Virus record (IMG/VR): IMGVR_UViG_2834631226_000004
Location: 1 to 64,000 of that record
Reading direction: 5' to 3' (one strand)
Origin: a virus
Taxonomy: Duplodnaviria; Caudoviricetes
Length of the DNA stretch: 64,000 bases
Below are positions 1-7,726 of this stretch, one piece after another. The position numbers were made by a program, and so were the translations under genes. The notes beneath the pieces were generated by a model. The model was not told the DNA's origin. It saw only the letters and a program-made list of their open reading frames with translations, and did not search any database. The stretch's first letter is position 1. Each line of letters opens with the position of its first letter.

Positions 1-288
1 ATGACGTCTGAAGTTACGCGCCTGCTCGCAGAAATTCGAGAGGATGTAGCAACGAGGAAGGCCGAAGTCTTAGCCAACCCCGTTGCCGCTGTATTCGAAG
101 CAACCACCCATAAGCACCGAACAGCCGAACAGATCGCTGCGCATCGCGATCTATACCGGCAAGCAAAGCGGCACGTCGTCGAAATCGACACATGGAATGC
201 CGCCAACACAGACAAACCCGCACGAACGTATCTGCCGCACATGCTGGCCTACCTCGGCGCGTTCTCCTATGTCGAAAAGGACACCTGA
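1..288 (+). CDS. Hypothetical protein (may be 5'-truncated by the window edge)
   Basis: 95-aa ORF whose TGA directly abuts the capsid ATG; no motif recognised. Confidence 0.55.
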   Translation: MTSEVTRLLAEIREDVATRKAEVLANPVAAVFEATTHKHRTAEQIAAHRDLYRQAKRHVVEIDTWNAANTDKPARTYLPHMLAYLGAFSYVEKDT

Positions 289-1386
289 ATGACTGACAAT
301 ATCGCTACCAAAATCGAGCAGCTTGGTTCTGCTTTCAACACCGCCACAACCGACCTGTCTGAGAGAATTTCCGGACTTGAAAAGAGCTTCGCCCGTATGG
401 ACGGCCACGCCAACGACAACTTCGCCACCGGCGAAAGCCTGGCAACTGCTCTGGTCAACACGCCTGCGTTCAAGGAGCTCAATGGCGGCGCCAATCGCGG
501 CCGCGCTTATGTCGAATCTGCCGCCATTACCTCTGGCAACACCACCGTCGGCACTGGTCGCTCTCAGGGCACGTCTCTGGTCCCCGCCGATCGACGCCCG
601 GGCATTGTCACTCCCGCCCAGCGCGTTCTCACCGTCCGCGACCTCATTGCGCCAGGCAAGACCACTGCGGGCTCTATCGAATTCGTGCAGGAAACTGGCT
701 TCACCAACAACGCGGCACCTGTCGCCGAGACTACGCAGAAGCCCTACTCGGACATCACCTTCGACCTCAAGACTGCATCGGTTCGGACCATTGCGCACCT
801 CTTCAAACTCTCCAAGCAGATGCTTGATGACGTCGTCGGGTTGGTCTCCTATCTGGATCTGCGCGGCACAACCGGCTTGAAGCTGGTCGAGGAGCAGCAG
901 CTGCTCTTTGGTAGCGGCACTGGCCAGAATATCCTTGGCCTTATCCCGCAGGCGACCGAATTCGACGACAGCCTGCGCCAGACAGGCGATACTCGCGTTG
1001 ACACCATTCGCAGAGCCATCCAGCAGGTTCGCCGCGCGGAGTACACCGCGACTGGCATTGTCATGAACCCGGACGACTTGGCCGAGCTTGAGCTCACCAA
1101 GGATGCTGGTGGTAACTACATCATCGTCGACCCAGTAGAGGGCGGACAGGGCCGCATCTGGCGCCTGCCCATCGTTGATACCACGGCGATGCCAGCAGGC
1201 CAGTTCCTCGTTGGCGCACTGGCTACGGCTGCGCAGATCTTCGATCGGCAGCAGGTCACGTTCGAACTCAGCACAGAGAACGACAAAGACTTTGAGCTCA
1301 ATATGGCGACGGCCCGGATCGAGGAGCGTCTTGCCCTTGCGGTCTATCGTCCTGAGTCTCTGGTCACCGGTGGCTTCGAAGCCTAA
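289..1386 (+). CDS. HK97-family major capsid protein (satellite copy)
   Basis: ETGFTNNAAPVAE, RTIAHLFK, R.EERLALAVYRPE motifs; visibly paralogous to 36596..37804 with a shorter N-terminal delta region. Confidence 0.92.
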   Translation: MTDNIATKIEQLGSAFNTATTDLSERISGLEKSFARMDGHANDNFATGESLATALVNTPAFKELNGGANRGRAYVESAAITSGNTTVGTGRSQGTSLVPADRRPGIVTPAQRVLTVRDLIAPGKTTAGSIEFVQETGFTNNAAPVAETTQKPYSDITFDLKTASVRTIAHLFKLSKQMLDDVVGLVSYLDLRGTTGLKLVEEQQLLFGSGTGQNILGLIPQATEFDDSLRQTGDTRVDTIRRAIQQVRRAEYTATGIVMNPDDLAELELTKDAGGNYIIVDPVEGGQGRIWRLPIVDTTAMPAGQFLVGALATAAQIFDRQQVTFELSTENDKDFELNMATARIEERLALAVYRPESLVTGGFEA

Positions 1387-1489
1387 GCGCCATCTACCTA
1401 GGTAGCGTGGGTGTGAGTGGCCACGCTACCAACGGCCTGCTGCTGAGCCCCGGCGGCAGGCCACCCTTTCCACATATAAGGACTAACCA

Positions 1490-1723
1490 ATGCCATCAGG
1501 CAAGATCATCAAGTGGATGACCGATCGCGGTTTCGGTTTCATCCAAGAAGACGGAGCGCGCGGTAGCGCCGGTGACTTCGTACACATCACCGCAATGCCA
1601 GATACTGAGGCACCACGTATTGGACAGCGCTTCGACTACGACCGCGTGACCGGCATGGATGGCCGCACCAAAGCGGTGAACGTCCGCGAGGTTACGACGT
1701 GGGGCGAGGCAGCGTACCTTTAG
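1490..1723 (+). CDS. Cold-shock domain protein
   Basis: GKIIKW..DRGFGFI (RNP1) and DFVHIT (RNP2), ending TKAVNV; RBS AAGGA upstream. Confidence 0.85.
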   Translation: MPSGKIIKWMTDRGFGFIQEDGARGSAGDFVHITAMPDTEAPRIGQRFDYDRVTGMDGRTKAVNVREVTTWGEAAYL

Positions 1724-2047
1724 GTGGCAGGTATGTGGCGCAGTAACAACCGCGCTAAGAGTGCCGATTGGCAACACCTCTATAAGCGCAAGCGCTGGCT
1801 CGACCTACGAGAACGGCAGTTGATGCAAGAGCCCCTGTGTCGGTTTTGCCTCGCAACCGAAGAGGTGACCGCCGCCGAGGTCGTCGACCACATCACGAAG
1901 CATGAGGGAAACGAAGACCTATTCTTCGACCCCGACAATCTTCAAAGCCTTTGTCGCCATCATCATGACAGTGCCAAGCAGGCAATGGAACGAGGGCGCA
2001 AGGTTTTCGCTTGCGGTGTGGACGGATACCCCATCGAGCTAGGCTAG
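1724..2047 (+). CDS. Packaging-associated HNH endonuclease (HK97 gp74-like)
   Basis: EPLCRFC..VVDHITKH..NLQSLC..HH..K..GVDGYP; paralogue of 42450..42770. Confidence 0.85.
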   Translation: MAGMWRSNNRAKSADWQHLYKRKRWLDLRERQLMQEPLCRFCLATEEVTAAEVVDHITKHEGNEDLFFDPDNLQSLCRHHHDSAKQAMERGRKVFACGVDGYPIELG

Positions 2048-2150
2048 GGGGTGGAATTGAAGTGACCGTTCGCTCAGCCACGGAGCGGCGCGGGAAGGCA
2101 CTTTTAATGCAAACACAGATTTTTGCCTCGCGCGTGCGCAAGCGCGCGCG
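2048..2150 (+). other. Putative cos packaging region of the satellite
   Basis: Immediately downstream of the HNH stop; 2106-2148 matches 42349-42391 (minus strand) at 42 of 43 nt. Confidence 0.7.
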
Positions 2151-2251
2151 TGAGAAAACATTGGATTTTTTCGCCTGATACGGGGCTTATCGAAACTCTG
2201 AAAGTCGCCTTTTTCAGGGACCGGCCGGGGTCATTCGCGTGCATATTACCC

Positions 2252-2389
2252 CTAGTTTTCGCTTGGGCTTTCCTCATCCTCGTCAGGGACCGTTTCCAGG
2301 TCTTTGCAAAGCGCCCTCGCCTGTTCTGCCAATGCGGCCAGCTGCGCCGTAATCTCTGCCAGCGGCAGGCCCTCAACCCGTTCTTCCAT
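2252..2389 (-). CDS. Small acidic protein, 45 aa (MEERVEGLPLAEITAQLAALAEQARALCKDLETVPDEDEESPSEN)
   Basis: Translated by hand (below the ORF-track cutoff); GGAGG upstream of the ATG; helical then acidic composition. Confidence 0.5.
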   Translation of the reverse strand: MEERVEGLPLAEITAQLAALAEQARALCKDLETVPDEDEESPSEN

Positions 2390-2447
2390 TGCATCCCTCC
2401 TGCATTTCGTCGGTGACGAACGCAAATTGGTGCAGCCTGGTTCCCTG

Positions 2448-3239
2448 CTAGATTTTCATGCGTTGCTGCGCGAGCTCCTCGTACAGGTTACAACGCTCCG
2501 CAATTTCTTGGTAGAGTCGGCTGTATATGCCAACATTGTGTATCGCAGCAGAGAGCACGCCTGGAGGCAACGTTTCAGGGACCAGTTCTGCCTCGAACCT
2601 TGCGTAGTCAAAAAGACAGGAACAGCGGGCATAAACCTCTAGGGCATCTATTAGGTGAGATTCCATCGTGCTTTTGGACGGCGATTGCCCGCCAGCTTTA
2701 TCTCGCGCTGTGCCGCGCAACCTCGCGCTCTGAACCTGAAGCTTCGACGCGAGTTTTGCGAAAACCATACCTGCGGCATGATCGCTCAACTCAACCATCT
2801 CCTTCAATACAGCAACCGGCGTGTCTGGAACTGAAGGGTACACGGGAAGCACAACGTCTTGTGGCAATCGATCTTCACCGCATCGGAGAAGCAGACCGTG
2901 GGTCAGCTGGGCGCACGTGGTCGAGTAGTCACATAAATTGCTCAAGGAAAGCGACAAAACGGAACGAGCTGCCTGCAATTTTGCGAGCCGCCTCTCGTCT
3001 TCTAGCGACCGCTCCTGCTCAATCTGATCTCTCACCGCCCTAACGCTGACATAGGCAGCCGCCACTGCCGCCAGACCGGTGACAAGGGTTGTATCGATCC
3101 AACCCAAGCGGCCTACTTTGCTCATCGCATCGCCAATCATAACCGGCCATGATCGCTCATCTAGCGCGATCTCGCGCCCGACAGCGAACAGCAGCAATCC
3201 AACAAGAAACCCAACAGCAGCGGCGACCGATTTTTTCAT
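2448..3239 (-). CDS. Hypothetical membrane-anchored protein
   Basis: 263-aa ORF with two N-terminal hydrophobic segments followed by a soluble helical region. Confidence 0.65.
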   Translation of the reverse strand: MKKSVAAAVGFLVGLLLFAVGREIALDERSWPVMIGDAMSKVGRLGWIDTTLVTGLAAVAAAYVSVRAVRDQIEQERSLEDERRLAKLQAARSVLSLSLSNLCDYSTTCAQLTHGLLLRCGEDRLPQDVVLPVYPSVPDTPVAVLKEMVELSDHAAGMVFAKLASKLQVQSARLRGTARDKAGGQSPSKSTMESHLIDALEVYARCSCLFDYARFEAELVPETLPPGVLSAAIHNVGIYSRLYQEIAERCNLYEELAQQRMKI

Positions 3240-3308
3240 CCTCCCATGAAGCGCTCAATCCTGAGTCGCGTCGATGCAACCCGCCTAAAATCCACAAGGA
3301 AAATCAAA

Positions 3309-3686
3309 ATGACCACAGCACAGCCCTTTGCCATCATCGAAGAAGACTTCGCCGACGGCACTTACAAATTCGCACTGACCTGGGACTTGGCGAGCGAATG
3401 GGAAAAAACCACGGACCGATCGCTCTATGCCACTCTGCTCCAAGCAATGCGCACTGGCATCGTCGGCCTGAACGACACGCGCGAGCTGGTACGCTTGGGT
3501 TTGATTGGCGGAGGCACGGCACCGAAAGAGGCGCTGAGGCTGGTGCGCACCTACGTTGAAGAACGTCCGGCCGCGGAGAACTTCGGTCTGGTGATCAATC
3601 TGGTGGACGCACTCTACCACGGCAAGGGTGTGGCCGATCCGGATGAAGGAAAGCCAGCCGAAAGCGCCGGCGACGTCGATGGCTAA
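3309..3686 (+). CDS. Tail assembly chaperone (GTA-gp10-like family)
   Basis: DGTYKFALTW..LASEWEK..RELVRLGLIGGG...ALRLVRTYVEERP pattern typical of alphaproteobacterial tail chaperones; upstream of the tape measure gene. Confidence 0.7.
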   Translation: MTTAQPFAIIEEDFADGTYKFALTWDLASEWEKTTDRSLYATLLQAMRTGIVGLNDTRELVRLGLIGGGTAPKEALRLVRTYVEERPAAENFGLVINLVDALYHGKGVADPDEGKPAESAGDVDG

Positions 3687-4140
3687 AGTCCAAGGCTGGG
3701 ACCGCCTAAAGCGCCGTCTCGAAAAGATACCCAAGGCCGTGCGCGAGCAGACGCAGCCGTCAATCACTTCCGCTGCCGATGATGTGGCGGAAGTGATCAG
3801 GGCTTTAGCCCCGAAAGACGATGGCGATTTGCGGGACAGCATCGAAGTCACCGGCGGCGGGCAGTCAACTCCGCCCTATAGTCTGCCTGGACGATCTATG
3901 GTCGTTCCAGAGAACGCCGCCATGATCACGGCGGGTAATTCCAAGGTCAGGTACGCGCACCTCATCGAGTTTGGCACCCGCGCGCATATCGCCGGCGGCC
4001 AGTTCGAAGGCGCAGAGATACCCGCCATACCCGCGCACCCATTCTTTTTTTCGGGTTTTCGCACAGCAAAGAAAAAGGCTGGCCAGAAAATCAAGCGCGC
4101 GATGTCGAAGGCGATAAGGAGCAAAAAGAATGGCAATTGA
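3679..4140 (+). CDS. HK97-gp10-like tail completion/neck protein
   Basis: LAPKDDGDLRDSI, YAHLIEFGT, PAHPFF motifs; paralogue of 33841..34335. Confidence 0.8.
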   Translation: MAKVQGWDRLKRRLEKIPKAVREQTQPSITSAADDVAEVIRALAPKDDGDLRDSIEVTGGGQSTPPYSLPGRSMVVPENAAMITAGNSKVRYAHLIEFGTRAHIAGGQFEGAEIPAIPAHPFFFSGFRTAKKKAGQKIKRAMSKAIRSKKNGN

Positions 4141-6472
4141 GTATGAACGACTTGCCGTCATGCTCGAGGCCCGCGTTGCGGATTTCGAGAAGAAAATTGC
4201 TGGCGCCACGCGCAATGCCGAGCGCAATTTCAAGCGGATCGAAACCACTTCTGCCAGAATGCAGGCCCGCCTGAATTCGACCTATTCGGGGATCGCCGCC
4301 AGTGCGGCGAAAGCCTTCGCCCTTATCGGTGGTGCCCAAGGCTTTCGCCAGCTATCGGACAGCGGAACGCGCATCACCAACTCCCTGAAGGTAGCGGGCC
4401 TCGCCGGCGAAGAACTTGAAGGCGTGTATCAGAAGCTTTTCACGGCGGCGCAGAAGAATGCCGCGCCGCTAGAAACGTTGGTGCAGCTCTACGGCCGCGT
4501 GTCATTGGTGCAAAAAGAGCTGGGCGTCTCGTCGGACGAGATTATCAGCCTGTCCAGCAACGTTGCACTTGCGCTGCGCGCGTCTGGCCAGTCCAGCCAA
4601 GAAGCATCCGGCGCGCTATTGCAGCTTTCGCAGGCCCTAGGCGCCGGCGTAGTTCGCGCTGAGGAATTCAATTCGATCCTCGAAGGTGCGCCTACTATCC
4701 TGCAGGCCGCTGCCGCTGGTATCAAGCAGGCCGAGGGCTCAGTGGCGAAACTTCGGCAGATCATGCTCGAAGGCAAGCTTTCCTCAAAGGCGTTCTTCGA
4801 CGGTATCAATGCTGGCGCACCAGTGCTTGAACAAAAGGTTGCCGGTGCCGTCCTGACGGTTGACCAGCGTCTTGAGAACCTTCGCACGGCCCTGACGAAC
4901 TCTGTCCGCAGGTTCAACGAATCCACGCAGGCAGCAAACACGTTCGGCTCGGCCATCGACAACATGGCGAACTTCGTCAACAGCGTCGACATGGATGGCC
5001 TGGCTTCCGATATTCAGTACGTTATCGAGAAGCTGAACGCTGGTGCGAAAGCAGCTCAGGACTTCGCCGAATGGGTAGGAAAGGCGAGCGGCCTTCAGAA
5101 CATTGGTCAAGGTGCTATTAGCGCGTTAGACAGCGATGGCGATGGCAAGCTATCAGTTCTCGGTGGCGCGCTGACAGTCAATTCAACCGTTAAAGCCAGC
5201 GACAAGCTCGTCGACAACACCCAGAAGCGGCTAGACCTCGAAAAGCAGATTGCTGAGATCAAGGCCAATCCGGCCAACGTTCTCGGCCAGGCTGAAATCA
5301 GGCAGCTTGAGGGGCAGATCAAGGCCCTACAAGAAGCGCAGACCAGAACCGCGTCCAGCATCATTCAAGACGTGCTGAATGACAAGCCGCTGAAATATCC
5401 CACCAGTGCGCCCTCTATTGTGGGAGGCGGCGGAGAGACCAAAACCGTCAACGGCAAGAAATTCACGCCGATCGACATCACGGACAAGCAGTACCAGGTC
5501 ACAGCCGACAAAGACGGCAAATCCAGCAGGAAGCGTGCTGATGAGTATGCCCGCGAGGTTGAGCAGATCACGAAGCGAACCGCGGCTCTGAACGCTGAGA
5601 CGGCAGCGCAGGCTGGTCTTAATCCCCTCCTCAATGACTACGGGCATTCCATCGAGTTCGCCCGCGCCAAACAGGAACTCCTAACCGCTGCCCAAGAGGC
5701 GGGCGTAAAGATCACGCCTGAACTTACGGCCAGTATCGAGGATCTAGCAGCAGGCTACGCGAACGCTGTCGTCGAGTCCGAGCGGCTTTCCGAAAAGCAG
5801 GATGAGATCCGCCAGCGCGCTGAAGAGGCGATGGAAACCGCCAAGGATGTTACGCGAGGCATGATTGACGGCTTCATCGAGGGCGCCAGTGCGGCAGACA
5901 TTTTGGCCGACAGCCTGAAGAAGATTGGCAACGCCCTTATCAACGACGTCTTGAACAACATCTTCAAGATCAACAACGCCGGCGGCGGTGGAGGCGGCCT
6001 GTTCAGTCTGTTCAGCGGCCTGTTTAGTGGTGGCAAGAGCAGCTTTCCTTCGGCTCCTGGCGGCCTTTATTCTGAAGGCGGATACACCGGCGACGGCGGC
6101 AAGTACCAGCCTGCCGGGCTCGTGCATAAAGGTGAGTATGTCTTCGACAAGGCTGCGGTCAAAGCTGCGGGCGGTCCTGCCGCACTGGAAGCAATGCGCC
6201 GCAATCTAAAAGGCTACGCCAACGGCGGCTACGTCGGCACGATGCCTTCGGTGCCGGCGCTGCGCGTGCCATCCATACCGGATATGAAATCCATCGCTGG
6301 TGGCGGTGTGGGCGGCGCGGTTAACGTGAATTTCTCTCCCGTTTATAACGTGCAGGGCACCGGCCCCGAGATCGCACAGCTTCGTGCGCAAATGGCCAAG
6401 GACAAAGCAGAAATACCGCTTAGAGTGGAAGCGGCAGTTAGAGACGCTCGGAAAAGGAACGTGAAACTATGA
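4130..6472 (+). CDS. Tape measure protein (satellite copy), 780 aa
   Basis: Tape-measure domain (ALLQLSQALGAG..RAEEFNSILE) and C-terminal GGYTGDGGKYQPAGLVHKGE..GYANGG..RVEAAVRDARKRNVKL shared with 29547..31907. Confidence 0.9.
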   Translation: MAIEYERLAVMLEARVADFEKKIAGATRNAERNFKRIETTSARMQARLNSTYSGIAASAAKAFALIGGAQGFRQLSDSGTRITNSLKVAGLAGEELEGVYQKLFTAAQKNAAPLETLVQLYGRVSLVQKELGVSSDEIISLSSNVALALRASGQSSQEASGALLQLSQALGAGVVRAEEFNSILEGAPTILQAAAAGIKQAEGSVAKLRQIMLEGKLSSKAFFDGINAGAPVLEQKVAGAVLTVDQRLENLRTALTNSVRRFNESTQAANTFGSAIDNMANFVNSVDMDGLASDIQYVIEKLNAGAKAAQDFAEWVGKASGLQNIGQGAISALDSDGDGKLSVLGGALTVNSTVKASDKLVDNTQKRLDLEKQIAEIKANPANVLGQAEIRQLEGQIKALQEAQTRTASSIIQDVLNDKPLKYPTSAPSIVGGGGETKTVNGKKFTPIDITDKQYQVTADKDGKSSRKRADEYAREVEQITKRTAALNAETAAQAGLNPLLNDYGHSIEFARAKQELLTAAQEAGVKITPELTASIEDLAAGYANAVVESERLSEKQDEIRQRAEEAMETAKDVTRGMIDGFIEGASAADILADSLKKIGNALINDVLNNIFKINNAGGGGGGLFSLFSGLFSGGKSSFPSAPGGLYSEGGYTGDGGKYQPAGLVHKGEYVFDKAAVKAAGGPAALEAMRRNLKGYANGGYVGTMPSVPALRVPSIPDMKSIAGGGVGGAVNVNFSPVYNVQGTGPEIAQLRAQMAKDKAEIPLRVEAAVRDARKRNVKL

Positions 6473-6759
6473 TTGACGAATACAACAGACGACTTTTGAC
6501 GGTTGAGGGAGAAATGTTCGCCCTCAGAAACGCGACGCATCTTATCGCATCGATTTTGCGCGAAACATTGCCTGATCAGGGCGTGATATTCGATGAGTTT
6601 CTGGAAACGGCAATAAGCTCCTACCGCAACGAGCTGCCATCTGATGAAAGAACGACCGTGTATCTTGAGGCTGCAATAAAGGCCACACGCGGCCTAATGG
6701 GCGCCCCAAGTGTGACGCCGACTCTCTCCGTGATCGAGGGCGGCAAAAAGGAAGAATGA
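6469..6759 (+). CDS. Hypothetical protein
   Basis: 96 aa, ATGA-coupled to the tape measure gene; ends LSVIEGGKKEE. Confidence 0.65.
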   Translation: MIDEYNRRLLTVEGEMFALRNATHLIASILRETLPDQGVIFDEFLETAISSYRNELPSDERTTVYLEAAIKATRGLMGAPSVTPTLSVIEGGKKEE

Positions 6760-6762
6760 GCC

Positions 6763-7356
6763 TTGGGGCAGCTGAAATGCGGGTGTCAGGTCCGCGCAGA
6801 AGCGAAACGTGAAGCTGTGACGGCAGAGCTTCAGAAACTTGTTGATGACCGATTGATCTCGCAAATCTTCTCCACGCCCTTAGGGCGTGGATTTTCTAGG
6901 CGAGTTTTCGCTTCGTCGGATTGGCCGGATTATGTGCTGAAAATGCCACTGAACAGCGATGGCTCAAACGCACGGGAATGGAACAACTGGACCATTTGCA
7001 AGGACGGCAGTCTAAGCAAATGGCTGGCGCCTTGCGTTGCTTATTGCCCAGACCAGGATCTCTTGCTGATGGGGAAAACAAAACCGATTCCTCGCCACTT
7101 CTGGCCCCAGTTCATTCCGGCCTTCTTTGGTGACGACCACAAAGGAAACTTTGGTTTCTTCCGGGGAATATTTGTATGTCACGACTATAGTGAGCTCGAT
7201 CTTACTGGCTTTGGTTGGCGGCAAGCACCATGGCGTGGACGACGTGACGGCCTCTCTAAAAGGTGGCGCGTTGAAATGCATCAGCCAAAAATTGAAGTCT
7301 ATGAGACTTACTTTGACAACTACGCTCGTGCAGTTCGGGAAAGCGGGATTGCCTAA
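6763..7356 (+). CDS. Minimal protein-kinase-like fold protein
   Basis: LGRGFSRRVF (Gly loop), YVLK (beta3 Lys), AREW (alphaC Glu), DDHKGNFG (catalytic loop), VCHDY (DFG-like). Confidence 0.6.
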   Translation: MGQLKCGCQVRAEAKREAVTAELQKLVDDRLISQIFSTPLGRGFSRRVFASSDWPDYVLKMPLNSDGSNAREWNNWTICKDGSLSKWLAPCVAYCPDQDLLLMGKTKPIPRHFWPQFIPAFFGDDHKGNFGFFRGIFVCHDYSELDLTGFGWRQAPWRGRRDGLSKRWRVEMHQPKIEVYETYFDNYARAVRESGIA

Positions 7357-7579
7357 AGCGTCGCCCCACTCCACCGGTAAAGCGCCTCGCTGAAAGGTAG
7401 GCGCAGCAGTGATTCTGCCGCAACACCCCATCCGCAAGCGGATGACTGTCCTAGGCAATAGAACGCGCCAACGTGACTAGATTTTTTTGCGGATTTTTGA
7501 CCGTTAACAGCATCTCTTCCAGCGAAGAAGCTGCTAAGCTGTATCACGAAAAACGGACTAAGTCAACCGATTGTTGATA

Positions 7580-7607
7580 TTGACGGCGCCGTCAAGTTGA
7601 CCATATT
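7580..7607 (+). promoter_or_regulatory. Sigma70-like promoter overlapping a perfect 16-bp palindrome
   Basis: TTGACG-N16-CATATT; TTGACGGCGCCGTCAA (7580-7595) is a perfect palindrome; the predicted +1 falls at the start of the structured RNA. Confidence 0.5.
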
Positions 7608-7612
7608 CGAAG

Positions 7613-7697
7613 TGTACGCGAGACGCGGTAATTAGCCAAGGCCGTCCTCCCCGCAAGGGTGTAGAGCATTTCTGGGTGTTTGGCGCCCAGGCGTACA
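7613..7697 (+). ncRNA. Candidate four-helix (cloverleaf-like) small RNA
   Basis: Hand-folded: TGTACGC/GCGTACA closing stem, GACG/CGTC arm, CTC-CCC-GCAA-GGG-GAG arm, CTGGGTG/CGCCCAG arm stacked on the closing stem; flanked by a promoter and terminator. Confidence 0.55.
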
Positions 7698-7698
7698 A

Positions 7699-7726
7699 AG
7701 ACCCCGCTCCGGCGGGGTTTACTTTA
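7699..7726. terminator. Probable bidirectional intrinsic terminator
   Basis: GACCCCGC-TCCG-GCGGGGTT hairpin with T-rich flanks on both strands, between the ncRNA and the stop codon of 7719..8111. Confidence 0.65.

Noticed and set aside
5980-6000. Gly-rich tracts in both tape measure genes as phase-variable repeats
   Set aside because: Mixed GGC/GGT/GGA codons rather than homopolymer or perfect microsatellite; frames are intact.
7613-7697. Calling the cloverleaf RNA a true tRNA
   Set aside because: No D-loop GG, no TTC-containing T-loop, no 7-nt anticodon loop and no CCA; kept as an unclassified ncRNA.
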